Shown: in pieces, positions 14,504 to 24,336 of the stretch
Layout of the letters: each line of letters starts with the position of its first letter
Position numbering within the stretch: position 1 is the first letter of the stretch
Source of the DNA: a virus
Lineage: Duplodnaviria > Caudoviricetes
Virus record (IMG/VR): IMGVR_UViG_3300036833_000068
Coordinates: 1 to 32,153 of that record
Direction: 5' to 3' (one strand)
DNA: 32,153 nt
The notes under the pieces: model-generated
What the model saw: only the letters and a program-made list of their open reading frames with translations
Database searches by the model: none
Told to the model about the DNA's origin: nothing
Made by a program: the position numbers and the translations under genes

Positions 14504-14944
14504 GTGTTCGGATTAGAAAAACGTGAAGTGGATGAGGATTTAATTCGTGAGATTCGCGTCTTAACACGTACACTCCTTAAAATTTACATAGAGCCAAGTA
14601 GTTCGAGTTTAGGATTTCAAACAAGCGAAGGAGTAACGCAGATGCCATTAACGGTTACGATGGGGGATAAGCCGGGTTCCGCAGCTTATCAAGAATTCAA
14701 TGCCGCAGGGAATCCAGTAAAGCCCCTTGGAACAGTGCAATATGCCTCCGATAACACGGCGGTAGCGACGGTAGACCCTTCTAGTGGGGCATTGACGTAT
14801 ATAGGCCCAGGGACCTGTAACATCGCTGCGGCAGATAGCGGAGTAGCAGGGGGACTTCCAGCCTCGGATTCACTAACAGTGAACCCCTCGGCTGTAGATA
14901 ATACGCCTGTGAAAAGCACGATGACGTTGAAAGCTGGTACATAA
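14504..14944 (+). CDS. Ig-like (Big_2-type) domain protein; second in-frame start at 14642
   Basis: VQYASDNTAVATVDPSSGALTYIGPGTCNIAA motif; GAGGGG before GTG 14504 and AAGGAG before ATG 14642; the track start 14459 lies inside the promoter. Confidence 0.8.
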   Translation: MFGLEKREVDEDLIREIRVLTRTLLKIYIEPSSSSLGFQTSEGVTQMPLTVTMGDKPGSAAYQEFNAAGNPVKPLGTVQYASDNTAVATVDPSSGALTYIGPGTCNIAAADSGVAGGLPASDSLTVNPSAVDNTPVKSTMTLKAGT

Positions 14945-14955
14945 CGCGGAGCGTT

Positions 14956-15543
14956 ATGGCGATTAAGATAGAAGTTACACCTGGTCTAGCCGAGCTGAAT
15001 AAGACGGGGTCGGCTGGGCAAGGTAATCATGATGCGATAGGGGGGCCGGGTAGAAGTCCTGGTTCCCCTAATAGTGCTATGTCTATACGCATCCATAAAG
15101 TAGCAAGGATGCGTGTTAATGGCGTACGCGATAACGTAATACAGCATCTACTTGGTATTCAAGCCCCTGCCTTCAAGTATCTCATTAATCTCCCCGAATA
15201 TAAAGAGGTAGAAGAGCAAATCCTATTAGGTCACTTAACAGACCTAGACGAGGCTACTGCTGGACAAGTTAGTGTGTTACGTCAGCAGGCACGAGAAGCA
15301 GTGCCTTCGGCCCTTCGCTGTTTAGTTGAGGCAGTTAACCAGCGACGCGACTTACGTACCGCTTTAGCGGCGGCAGGTGAAATACTGGATAGGGACCCAG
15401 ACGCAACCTTCACGAAGCAAAAGGGTCTTAACGTAATACCTATTGATGCACAACGTCTACCAGATACGTTAATGGAAGTAACGTCGAAGGAAGCGGATAA
15501 AGTCATAGAAGACCTAGCGCAGAAGAAAGAGAGAGTGATGTAA
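14956..15543 (+). CDS. putative terminase small subunit (HTH protein)
   Basis: HTH-like N-half, helical ALRCLVEAV...ALAAAGEILDRD; upstream of TerL. Confidence 0.55.
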   Translation: MAIKIEVTPGLAELNKTGSAGQGNHDAIGGPGRSPGSPNSAMSIRIHKVARMRVNGVRDNVIQHLLGIQAPAFKYLINLPEYKEVEEQILLGHLTDLDEATAGQVSVLRQQAREAVPSALRCLVEAVNQRRDLRTALAAAGEILDRDPDATFTKQKGLNVIPIDAQRLPDTLMEVTSKEADKVIEDLAQKKERVM

Positions 15544-15875
15544 TGCCATTAGAAAATGTAAAGCCTTCTAAGTCAATGGATGTTTTAGAATTACTGAAGA
15601 ATGCCCAGAAGTCCGGGTCAGCTGTTGGAGGATCAGATGCACCTAAGCCCGCCCCAAGGGATCAGGTCGTCTTCGAGCAAGAAAACACCGTAACGGCCCC
15701 CATACCCAAAAAACACAACATTAAAGTCCTTAAGCTCGCAGACCCCGCGCAGCTCTATCCATTCCTTACGGAATGTACCTGTGGATTTCAGGGACGTAAT
15801 TACACCGTAGACCAAGCGAAACAGGCAGCAGCTAATCACATTGAGAACGCACAGCATCCATCTACGATGCGTTAG
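15543..15875 (+). CDS. hypothetical protein with a C-terminal CxC...H motif
   Basis: TAATG overlap; ECTCGFQGR...AANH. Confidence 0.7.
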   Translation: MPLENVKPSKSMDVLELLKNAQKSGSAVGGSDAPKPAPRDQVVFEQENTVTAPIPKKHNIKVLKLADPAQLYPFLTECTCGFQGRNYTVDQAKQAAANHIENAQHPSTMR

Positions 15876-15894
15876 TGTTTAGCTTCGCTACACT
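15874..15894. promoter_or_regulatory. operator-like copy AGTGTTTAG-CTT-CGCTACACT
   Basis: intergenic, overlapping a stop codon. Confidence 0.6.
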
Positions 15895-15920
15895 AAAACG
15901 TTTCGCGTAAGGAGAACTAA

Positions 15921-16199
15921 ATGGCAACTAAGTACGTAGAAAATACAAACGTCACTCCCTCCCCTGGTTCCCGACATCACGGTAATGAAAGACCCAAATA
16001 CAAAAGCACCATTGAATTCGCTACTGGGCCGGAAGAATTCGATTCCCATCTAAAGCATTGTATGACGGCTCGTCGTCCAGGCGGTGAATACCGTAAAGGG
16101 CATGGCTTCAAAACTATCGGTTCCGATTCTAACCACCCTGATAAGACTGGAACTGAGGAAGCAAAGAAACATATTATTCATTGTAACATAAATGAATAG
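15921..16199 (+). CDS. hypothetical His-rich hydrophilic protein
   Basis: AAGGAG RBS, 92 codons. Confidence 0.7.
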   Translation: MATKYVENTNVTPSPGSRHHGNERPKYKSTIEFATGPEEFDSHLKHCMTARRPGGEYRKGHGFKTIGSDSNHPDKTGTEEAKKHIIHCNINE

Positions 16200-16219
16200 A
16201 CGAAGTTGCGAGGGTTCAG

Positions 16220-16402
16220 ATGACGAGTGGGAACATAAATCTAGGCTCTGAAGGATTGGAAACCATTCAACCTAGTGGCTCACCAGAATGCTCGTCATCT
16301 ACCCTCCAACAGCTTATCGCCTATCCCCGCACATTCTGGAAGCCCAAAAAAGAGTTTCCTCCGACGAAAATGGGTGCCGCCCGCGGCCCGGAGCAACACT
16401 AA
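16220..16402 (+). CDS. possible small hypothetical protein
   Basis: GAGGG before ATG; fills the gap before TerL. Confidence 0.4.
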   Translation: MTSGNINLGSEGLETIQPSGSPECSSSTLQQLIAYPRTFWKPKKEFPPTKMGAARGPEQH

Positions 16403-16409
16403 AGGTTAA

Positions 16410-18107
16410 ATGGCTACCGTAACACAGGCTCTAAAAGAAACCTTTCAGCCACTCCCATTGGCTGGGTTAAAGGGAGAGGAATGGCGTAAGGCTTTACGGC
16501 TTAATTGCCTTGGTTCATTGTACTACTTTATTAAGATTGGTCTTAAGAAGAAGCGGCTGACGAATAACCTCCATAAACCCTTCTGTCTATCCCTCGAACG
16601 TGAGCATATTAAGGACGTTTACGAAATACCACGCGACCACTTCAAATCCACCATGTGCTCTGAAGGATTGCCGATGTGGCGTGTTCTATGGTGCTCAGAT
16701 GAAGACCTCGATGAATTTAGAAGACTTGGCTACTCAACTGAATTCCTGCACTGGATGCGTAGAATTCACAGGCCCGAAGCCAGAAATTTGCTTGTATCAG
16801 AAAATATCACCAATGCAGGGAAACTTGGTAGACGTATTGATTTTCACTACGAGTCCAATGCCGTATTTCGTCACGCTTTCCCTGAATTAATACCAACCTC
16901 CTCTGAAACTTGGAGTAACATATCTAAATGGCAACGTCTTCCCGCCTCGCTAAAAGCGTTGGGTGGGCATGGGGAGGGCACCTTTGATTTCCTCGGAGTC
17001 GGGGGTGCCCTACAAAGTCGTCACTATAACGGCATTGTAGTTCAGGATGACCTTGTAGGGAAGAAGGCTTATGAGTCTATTACCGTCATGGAAAAGACCA
17101 TCGAATATCATCGTCTTCTCGTCGGCGCCTTCGAGAATGAGGATGCTATTGCAGATAACGATGAACTTGTTGTTGCGAATCGTTGGTCTTATTCCGACCT
17201 CAACTCCTGGATTAAAGAGAATGAGCCGTGGTTTACATTTGAAACTCACTCGGCTATGGGTGGTTGTTGCCCTGTACATGAACCGGACACACCGATCTTC
17301 CCAGAAGAGTTCTCCTCCGAGAAACTGGAGCGGTGGCGCAAAAGGCTAGGAAGCTATCTATATAGCTGCCAGTTCCTTAATGATCCCGCCGCTCCAGAAA
17401 ATGCCGACTTTCATGAGTCGGATCTAAGGCATTTCTATTTGGTTAAAGGAGAGAATGACGAAGACATTATAAAACATGAAGTTTTTAACGGAATAGTGAT
17501 TGGGGACGTTAAACTAAAGACAATCTCTAAATGTATTGTTACGGACCCCAATCACTCTGGTGCGGGCGGGCGGTGTAGACATTCGATTCAAGTCGTGGGC
17601 TTAAGTGCCGAAGGTCGCTATTATCACCTCGCCTCTTGGGCAAAAGCCTGTAACACGGATGAATATATCGCCAAGCTCTACGAGATGTGTGATGAGTGGA
17701 AAATGACTAAACTAGGTATAGAGACTGTAGCCGCGCAGAAATACTTAGCGTACCATATTAACTTTCGTAACAGGTTAGAAGGCCGTTTCCTTCGTTTAGT
17801 GGAGCTTAAAGGAGAAGTAGATGCTCCAGATGGGTCTATCACTAGAAACAAAGAGTTTCGTATCCGCAATGTGTTATCTCCTATCTTCGAATCAAACCGC
17901 TTTTATACTCAACGGAAATTTATGGACTTCCGTGGAGAATACACCACATTTCCCAAAGGGAAATTCGTGGATATTCTCGATTCTCTTGCCTACGTCCCCC
18001 AAATGTTAAAGCTTCCCCAGTCTTGGTTTAATGAGCAGAAATGGAAGATGGCGAACGCGATGGGTTCGAGACGTATAAATCAGCCGTATTCAATAGGAGC
18101 GAGATGA
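16410..18107 (+). CDS. terL: terminase large subunit
   Basis: variant Walker A EIPRDHFKST, Walker B IVVQDDLV, motif III ANRW, YSCQFLNDP, RNase H-like VTDPN...GIET...FPKGKFVDILDSLAY. Confidence 0.92.
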   Translation: MATVTQALKETFQPLPLAGLKGEEWRKALRLNCLGSLYYFIKIGLKKKRLTNNLHKPFCLSLEREHIKDVYEIPRDHFKSTMCSEGLPMWRVLWCSDEDLDEFRRLGYSTEFLHWMRRIHRPEARNLLVSENITNAGKLGRRIDFHYESNAVFRHAFPELIPTSSETWSNISKWQRLPASLKALGGHGEGTFDFLGVGGALQSRHYNGIVVQDDLVGKKAYESITVMEKTIEYHRLLVGAFENEDAIADNDELVVANRWSYSDLNSWIKENEPWFTFETHSAMGGCCPVHEPDTPIFPEEFSSEKLERWRKRLGSYLYSCQFLNDPAAPENADFHESDLRHFYLVKGENDEDIIKHEVFNGIVIGDVKLKTISKCIVTDPNHSGAGGRCRHSIQVVGLSAEGRYYHLASWAKACNTDEYIAKLYEMCDEWKMTKLGIETVAAQKYLAYHINFRNRLEGRFLRLVELKGEVDAPDGSITRNKEFRIRNVLSPIFESNRFYTQRKFMDFRGEYTTFPKGKFVDILDSLAYVPQMLKLPQSWFNEQKWKMANAMGSRRINQPYSIGAR

Positions 18108-18361
18108 ATTCAATGGTCCAATTCCTTCAGATGCACAAAACAGTAGACACTCTAATTGTGTACTATATTGGAAGTTCATTCGTTGGGTCTCTACCTGCAC
18201 CAACAGCTTCATCTACTATGTTCTATCAATTCTTCTTTAAGTTCTCCAACACTCTAGCTGGCAATCTAACTCGTGCTTTTGCTACTAGAGTCGAGAAATC
18301 TCCCAATTTTCAGGATGCGGTAGTTATTCAACAAAAGACGAATGGAGCCCCAAAGTCATGA
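18104..18361 (+). CDS. holin-like / small membrane-associated protein
   Basis: start reassigned to ATG 18104 (AGGAG, ATGA overlap); two moderately hydrophobic segments around LPAP. Confidence 0.5.
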   Translation: MNSMVQFLQMHKTVDTLIVYYIGSSFVGSLPAPTASSTMFYQFFFKFSNTLAGNLTRAFATRVEKSPNFQDAVVIQQKTNGAPKS

Positions 18362-18717
18362 ATTTTCTAAAGAAACTAGGTTCAGTAGTAATGAAGATCA
18401 TTGGAATATGGGCGGGGTTTAGTCCATTAGTTCAAAATGCGGTGCAGAATTCCCCTACTGGAACGAAGGTAGTTGGCGAGATTACGCAAGCCTTTGGCGT
18501 CGTTCAAACCGCAGAACAAATGTTTACGGCAGCATACGGCCCTGATACTAAACTACCTAGTCAGAAGCTAGCGGCGGCTTCACCCTTCGTTGCTCAACTA
18601 ATTCAAAGCACTGATATGTTAATTGGTAAACATCCCAAGGACGAGGCGATGTTTACAAAAGGTGTTCAGGACTATACCAGTGCGATGGTTACTATTCTTA
18701 ATTCATACGGACAATAA
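18358..18717 (+). CDS. hypothetical amphipathic helical protein
   Basis: ATGA and TAATG overlaps; MNFLKKLGSVVMKIIG N-terminus. Confidence 0.75.
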   Translation: MNFLKKLGSVVMKIIGIWAGFSPLVQNAVQNSPTGTKVVGEITQAFGVVQTAEQMFTAAYGPDTKLPSQKLAAASPFVAQLIQSTDMLIGKHPKDEAMFTKGVQDYTSAMVTILNSYGQ

Positions 18718-20609
18718 TGCCTGAGAACTTCATCCCTATTAAGCTAAGTGGTGACGCGGAGACAAAACTAAAGCGTCACTTGAGGAATCGCGTCAAGGCT
18801 CTTGAAGACGGCTTATTTCAGCTACACGAAGATAAGATAACTAAATGGCGTAAAGCCTATGAGGCCGAACCAAGGGAGAAGACACGAGAGTTTCCCTTTT
18901 ACAACGCCTCTAACCTAGTCGTCCCTATCATTGCCACCTTTAGCGACACTCTCTTGGCTCGTGTTATGTCCGCTATTCTAAAGACTCGCCCACCTTGGGC
19001 AGTCAAGATATTCGGTCAACACGACGATATAGACGACTCAGTTAGAATGGCTCTCGAAGAATTCATGGAGTATGTAGGTATAGAACCAGAAGAACTAGAC
19101 CTTTATCGTGTATACCACGAATGGTTTAGTGACGCTATCAAATACGGTACTTCTCTTCTTAAGTGTCCTCACGAAATCCGTTACATGGATGAAGTACAAG
19201 TAGAAGCTGGGGATGATACCACCTCGTCTAGTGACCTAAAACCGTCCTTTATACGTGAGACTTCGTATGAAGGCCCTCGCCCAGAGAAGATTCCCTTTGA
19301 GGACTTTCTGTTACCTCCAAATGCGAAGACACTAGAGACTTGTGATATAAAGATTCACAAACGTACCTTGATACGTTCTGAAATGGAAGAACGTAAGTTC
19401 TTTAAGATATACGAACCCTACAAAGTAGACCAGCTTCTATCTAAGCCTGATAGGACATCACCCAAGTACACAACGCAGATGAAGGAAGAAACTCTGGGTG
19501 CCAAGACCTTAGGTCAGTACGGTTACGCGGAGTGGGATCTTTACGAGTGCTGGCTTAAATGGGCTGACCCTTCGGGTAAATTCAAACCGCGTATCATAGC
19601 GACGTACCACGAGAAAACCGATACATTAATGAGAGCAATCTATGACACACATACACTTGAACCATTTGTTCTGGCCCGTCTTTTCTATCGTGACGATATG
19701 TTGTATGGTTATGGGTTTTGTGAAACTATGTGGGCGTTTCAGGAAGAAATAAGTGAACAACACAACCAACGATTGGATAATCGCACTATTGCTAATACTC
19801 GGATTTGGCGCGTTAATCCTGATTCCAAGCTTCATGCTGGTTATAGAATCTATCCTAGTGCGATGCTACCAGCGGAGAAAGACGAGATTGAAGGGCTCCA
19901 ATCCGGGGACATCTCACAACAAACCATTGAAGATGAACGTTTCTCCCTCGAACTCGCTGAGAGAAGGGCGGGCATTTCTCCACCGATGCAGGGCGCGGGG
20001 ACCGGATCGCAGGGTAAGCGGGGAATTTACACAGCGATGGGAACTTTAAGCGTTATGCAAGAAGGTAATTCAAGGACTGATCTTAATACCTCCGACCTTC
20101 GCTACTCTCACACGAAACTGGGTCGTGTTCTCCTAGCCGATTACTCTAAGTACGGCGTTCGAGACTCGCTATTACAGCAGTTTGGAGATAAGGCTAGTAA
20201 GATTACGAAGGCACTCGAAGCTATTTTATCTCGTCGTATCGGGTTACCTGTCTATTCCTCAACTGCGTCCGTTAATAGAGAAGTAGAAAAACAAAACGAT
20301 ATAATGTTGGTCACCGTCCTTCGTCAGCACTACATGGGTGTAGCGAATATACTTGGTCAAATGGGCAATATGATGACCAACCCAACGGTGAAAACGTATC
20401 TCGAACAAGTAATTAAAGCTTCTAATATGGTTATGAAATCCGTTCTACGTAACTTCCAGAAAGAAGACGTAGACCTTCTCGTACCAGAGCCAAAGCTAGG
20501 AGGCGGACCGAATGAGCAAACTGGACAAGCTCCTGGTCAACAACCCAACAATGTTCTCCCGATGGTTCGAGGCTCCGGAGGGCAAGGACTTCCGGGAATA
20601 CCTCAGTGA
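18717..20609 (+). CDS. portal protein (podovirus-like)
   Basis: 630 aa after TerL; DAIKYGTS, YGYGFCETMWAFQEEI...NQRLDN, AERRAGIS..MQG; G/Q/P-rich tail. Confidence 0.88.
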   Translation: MPENFIPIKLSGDAETKLKRHLRNRVKALEDGLFQLHEDKITKWRKAYEAEPREKTREFPFYNASNLVVPIIATFSDTLLARVMSAILKTRPPWAVKIFGQHDDIDDSVRMALEEFMEYVGIEPEELDLYRVYHEWFSDAIKYGTSLLKCPHEIRYMDEVQVEAGDDTTSSSDLKPSFIRETSYEGPRPEKIPFEDFLLPPNAKTLETCDIKIHKRTLIRSEMEERKFFKIYEPYKVDQLLSKPDRTSPKYTTQMKEETLGAKTLGQYGYAEWDLYECWLKWADPSGKFKPRIIATYHEKTDTLMRAIYDTHTLEPFVLARLFYRDDMLYGYGFCETMWAFQEEISEQHNQRLDNRTIANTRIWRVNPDSKLHAGYRIYPSAMLPAEKDEIEGLQSGDISQQTIEDERFSLELAERRAGISPPMQGAGTGSQGKRGIYTAMGTLSVMQEGNSRTDLNTSDLRYSHTKLGRVLLADYSKYGVRDSLLQQFGDKASKITKALEAILSRRIGLPVYSSTASVNREVEKQNDIMLVTVLRQHYMGVANILGQMGNMMTNPTVKTYLEQVIKASNMVMKSVLRNFQKEDVDLLVPEPKLGGGPNEQTGQAPGQQPNNVLPMVRGSGGQGLPGIPQ

Positions 20610-20793
20610 TTATAGGAGCGAAATCTTACATGGTCTCACTCGTAAAACGGATACCGTGGAACTTTATCGTTTACAAGGTGGCCTTGCTATTATTGAAGAT
20701 ATTCTCCAACTCCGAGGAGAAGTTAGTAAATATCTAAAGGGGATAAGGGAAGGGACCATGAAGAAAATCGAGGTGAAAGATGGCGTTCGGTAG
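20512..20793 (+). CDS. small helical protein following the portal
   Basis: AGGAGG RBS; ELYRLQGGLAIIEDIL motif resembles post-portal genes. Confidence 0.78.
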   Translation: MSKLDKLLVNNPTMFSRWFEAPEGKDFREYLSDYRSEILHGLTRKTDTVELYRLQGGLAIIEDILQLRGEVSKYLKGIREGTMKKIEVKDGVR

Positions 20794-21538
20794 AAGTGAG
20801 TACGACGAACTTAAGGAACTTGGAATGACACCCAAGGAAATTAGGGACGCGGTTGCGGCTAGTAAAGAACTGAAAGAAAAACACACTTCGTTAGAAACGG
20901 AATTCAATACAACGAAGACCGCTCTAAGTTCCCTCGAAGGAAGCTTTAATGAAACGAAGAATAAACTAAACGAACTGGAAGCCAATTCCAGAAGGCAACC
21001 TGAAAAGACTAACAACGAGGAACGTCCACTGAAAACCTCGTTTATTGACGATGAGGATAAGGCCTTTAACGAACGTTTTAATGAGAGGGTGAGTCCCATT
21101 GCCCAAACCGCGTTAAATGCTGCTCGTAACTCCGCAAAGATGGCAGCTAAGATGTCCCTACACGGCCAGTTCATCACTACTCCTGGAGGTAGAATCTCTC
21201 TTACTCGTCTATGGGACAAGTGGGAGGGCGAGATTGAAACCGATTCCAAGCAGGTTAATCTCGCTGCTCTAGGGGATATGACAACCTGGATCAATATGTT
21301 TAACTATGTTAAGGGTAAACACATTAACGAAATGATGGCTGAACCTCAAACCTTCGTCGAATCGGTTCAGTCCTCTACCGATACCCGCGTTCGAGAAGAC
21401 CGCTCACAGGATAATGGAAAACTAAACGACGAAGAAAACGCCACGATCAAAAAGATGTCCAAGTATTCCAAGTTCGTAACCGATAAGAGCTATCAAGAGA
21501 CAAAGAATAAAATGAAGTTCGTAGGAGATAACGCATAA
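20780..21538 (+). CDS. capsid scaffolding protein
   Basis: charged coiled coil between portal and capsid; GAGGTG RBS. Confidence 0.7.
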   Translation: MAFGRSEYDELKELGMTPKEIRDAVAASKELKEKHTSLETEFNTTKTALSSLEGSFNETKNKLNELEANSRRQPEKTNNEERPLKTSFIDDEDKAFNERFNERVSPIAQTALNAARNSAKMAAKMSLHGQFITTPGGRISLTRLWDKWEGEIETDSKQVNLAALGDMTTWINMFNYVKGKHINEMMAEPQTFVESVQSSTDTRVREDRSQDNGKLNDEENATIKKMSKYSKFVTDKSYQETKNKMKFVGDNA

Positions 21539-22095
21539 TGGCGATGACCAACAACAACAACCCAGCACAAGCCTTTACGGTGGATTCTAAGGATCCATTC
21601 CCGGGGGTGGAGGCACGCCCACTTCAATTACCGGACTTTGTTAACTTGAAGCCGCGAAACCCGATGATGTCTATTCGTTGGGTTAACCGTGTAGCTGGAG
21701 AAGGTCAAAGGCTTGATGAAATGACCTTCGCCGGCTTTGTACCTGCGAAGCCAGAAGATTTATTGATGCCAGATAATAAGCCCATTCTTCCCTCATTCGT
21801 AAAGAATGGACAGGTATGGCGTGGTGATCTTATCGCTATGTTAATCCCACGAAGTCAATACGAAGGTGCCCTGAAGTATAACTGGAAGAGAGCCGTCTCT
21901 CGCCTCCATCCAGCTTCTCAACTAAAAACTGGCCAATCTCAACTAAGAAAAGCTGTTGGCGAACAAGGCGTCCCAGCGTCCGTAGGACGTACCCTCGCCA
22001 CTAAACTACAAGCCTTCCGTCCGGGAACTTCGGATAAGACCGCTGACCCGAATTTCCTAGAGGATGATTCGTTACCAAGTGAAAGAAAGGAGTAA
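21538..22095 (+). CDS. head-module hypothetical protein
   Basis: TAATG overlap; IRWVN...GF..A...GDLIAMLIP motif. Confidence 0.75.
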   Translation: MAMTNNNNPAQAFTVDSKDPFPGVEARPLQLPDFVNLKPRNPMMSIRWVNRVAGEGQRLDEMTFAGFVPAKPEDLLMPDNKPILPSFVKNGQVWRGDLIAMLIPRSQYEGALKYNWKRAVSRLHPASQLKTGQSQLRKAVGEQGVPASVGRTLATKLQAFRPGTSDKTADPNFLEDDSLPSERKE

Positions 22096-22098
22096 TAG

Positions 22099-22659
22099 AT
22101 GGCTTCAAATATCATTGCTTCCGTCCAAACCGTGTCTGGAAATCAGGCACGTATGCGACGGATCATTGAGAAGTCAGGACAAACTTTTCTATCTGGGGTG
22201 CCAGTCGAAGTATCCTCTGCTGATGGAGGTATTCAGGAATGGGCTGGTACACCCCTCACGGATAGTATCGCTGGCTTTTCAAAGGAGTTTGCAAATAATC
22301 TCTCTACGACGGGTGTAGCAAAGCAGATTCAACAGGGTACCGTTCCGAACCAACCTGCCGCTCAAAACATAATGCGTCCATATTTTAACGATGGTCGTAT
22401 TGAGCTTGAGGTGGCGGATATCGACACGGTTTTTCTAGGTCAGGTTGGTCCTGCTCAAACTGCTCTTGTTACTGACGTAGGGAAAGCGTATGGAATGACC
22501 AAAGATTCTGACGGTCATTGGTTCGTAGACAAGACGAAAGCTACCGTCGGAACAAACACCGTATGCACGATTGTTAAACTTGACCCCAACGATCAATCTG
22601 CCACTCCTCGCGGAGTTTATTTCACGATCAACGCCGCGAACGCGCAGATTGTGGCATAA
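22099..22659 (+). CDS. capsid decoration/cement protein
   Basis: beta-rich, G/T/V-rich, directly before the MCP; AAGGAG RBS. Confidence 0.65.
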   Translation: MASNIIASVQTVSGNQARMRRIIEKSGQTFLSGVPVEVSSADGGIQEWAGTPLTDSIAGFSKEFANNLSTTGVAKQIQQGTVPNQPAAQNIMRPYFNDGRIELEVADIDTVFLGQVGPAQTALVTDVGKAYGMTKDSDGHWFVDKTKATVGTNTVCTIVKLDPNDQSATPRGVYFTINAANAQIVA

Positions 22660-22674
22660 AGGAGAATTGACCAA

Positions 22675-23628
22675 ATGACAATGGTAAGAGGGCAGTTCTC
22701 ACAACTACAGGCTCCGGGTCTTCACGGTGAATTCGTTCACTGGGTGGATACGCTACAACGTGAAGAAGAATTCTCGCATATTCTTCACGTGGAGTCTTCT
22801 GATAAGGCATTCGAGGATGAAGTCGAGTTTGCGGGACTTCCCCCGATGCCAGAGAAACCTGAAGGCGAAGCAACGATTTATCAAGACGCCATTCAGGGTG
22901 GTACCAAACGATATATCAACTTCACGTATGCAATGGGTGTGCGTAGCTCCTTCGAGCTTTACGAAGACGACCAGTATGGCGTTATCATGCAGGTCCCGAA
23001 GGCATTGGCACGAAGTGCCCACTTCACGAAGGAGCAAAATGCGTGGAACCTCTTTAATCTGGGATTTACGACACAGGTTACCGCTGACGGTGTTTCGTTA
23101 TTCAACAACCAGCACCCTCTTCTTGGTGGAACTAGTGCGACGAGCGTGGGCCCGGGTCTCTCTAACATCATCTCCGCAGCAGGTACGTATCCAAATAGGC
23201 CCGCTACGGATGTGGATCTTTCGTTTACCGCGATTCAATTAATGGTCAATCAATTCGAACGTTTGGTGGATTCTCAGGGCTTGCCCATCTCCATTAAGCC
23301 TCGTTACTTGATTATCCCCCCCGAACTAAAATGGATTGCGCGTGAAATCCTTGGTTCTCCACACAAGCCCTACACGGCCGATAACGAAATCAATGCATTG
23401 ATTAAAGAAGACTTGCAGTACTTCATTAGCCACTACTTGACTTCTCAGTCCGCCTGGTACGCAGTAACAGAGAAAGAAGGACATTGGTTGAAGTTCCTGG
23501 TTCGTAAAGAACTGGACGAAGATTTCTCCGATGACTTCGATACTTTCTCTATTAAGCAGCTCTCCAGGATGCGCTTCTCCTTTGGCGCCACTTCTTGGAT
23601 GGGCACGTGGGGTTCTAACGGGCCGTAG
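22675..23628 (+). CDS. major capsid protein (HK97 fold, Mu gpT-like family)
   Basis: EKPEGEA..Y, ELYEDDQY, ALARSA..TKE, ADGVSLFNNQHP, KPRYLIIPPEL..AREIL.S, DFDT...RFSFG. Confidence 0.9.
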   Translation: MTMVRGQFSQLQAPGLHGEFVHWVDTLQREEEFSHILHVESSDKAFEDEVEFAGLPPMPEKPEGEATIYQDAIQGGTKRYINFTYAMGVRSSFELYEDDQYGVIMQVPKALARSAHFTKEQNAWNLFNLGFTTQVTADGVSLFNNQHPLLGGTSATSVGPGLSNIISAAGTYPNRPATDVDLSFTAIQLMVNQFERLVDSQGLPISIKPRYLIIPPELKWIAREILGSPHKPYTADNEINALIKEDLQYFISHYLTSQSAWYAVTEKEGHWLKFLVRKELDEDFSDDFDTFSIKQLSRMRFSFGATSWMGTWGSNGP

Positions 23629-23655
23629 TGGCAGCTAGCCAACGAGGAGGCTATT

Positions 23656-23913
23656 ATGCCAATGATGTCTCACTCAGGGCGCGGAATTTCACCGTGGCAT
23701 CGGTGTGATCGGTGTGGGTGGCAATTCCGCGTTACTGATTTGAAGAGGCAATTAGGTCTTATCGTCTGTCACCCCTGCTACGATAATCCTATCGCCTGGT
23801 ATCGCCCGCTTTTGATTCAGGATTTGTTGAATTTCTCTGGTGATGAAGAACTTCGTATCGCAGATATTCTGAAAGAATCCTCGTCCGATGATATAACTGG
23901 ATTGAGTGGTTAA
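23656..23913 (+). CDS. small zinc-finger protein
   Basis: CDRCG...LIVCHPCYD; GAGGAGG RBS. Confidence 0.8.
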   Translation: MPMMSHSGRGISPWHRCDRCGWQFRVTDLKRQLGLIVCHPCYDNPIAWYRPLLIQDLLNFSGDEELRIADILKESSSDDITGLSG

Positions 23914-23925
23914 AAGGAGAATTAA

Positions 23926-24336
23926 ATGTCTTTCTTAGGTCAACCGCTTCTGGGTGTTCCCAGTAGATTCCCGTACGGTTATTGCAGGAATCCAGTTAAC
24001 GCTTCTGGTGCAGCCGACGCGTTACCGGTTACTGATGCTGATGTGTTTGTGACTAGAGCTGGTGTTGACGCGATGACTCTAGGTACGCCAAAGGCTGGAG
24101 TTTACCCTGCTGGGACCGCGGTTATGCAAGCTCTTGGTGACCCGGGGAACGATGGTAATTGTCTATTTGTTATCTCTACAACCGCGTTTGCTCACACTAT
24201 TACCACCGCTGCTGGTAAAATCAACGGTACTTTACACATCGCTACCTTTGCGGCTGCTGTTGGTAACTGGATTGAATTCGAAGCCTTCAATGGAATCTGG
24301 TATGTAGTTGGATCTAATGGAGTTACACTGTCGTGA
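23926..24336 (+). CDS. putative virion structural protein
   Basis: A/G/T-rich beta protein ending NGIWYVVGSNGVTLS; AAGGAG RBS. Confidence 0.7.
   Translation: MSFLGQPLLGVPSRFPYGYCRNPVNASGAADALPVTDADVFVTRAGVDAMTLGTPKAGVYPAGTAVMQALGDPGNDGNCLFVISTTAFAHTITTAAGKINGTLHIATFAAAVGNWIEFEAFNGIWYVVGSNGVTLS

Noticed and set aside
20734-21294. 186-aa antisense ORF over the scaffold gene, and the other short antisense ORFs in the track
   Set aside because: Shadow frames of well-supported genes, without RBS or motifs
22727-23242. 171-aa alternative-frame ORF within the capsid gene
   Set aside because: S/R-rich shadow of biased codon usage, no RBS
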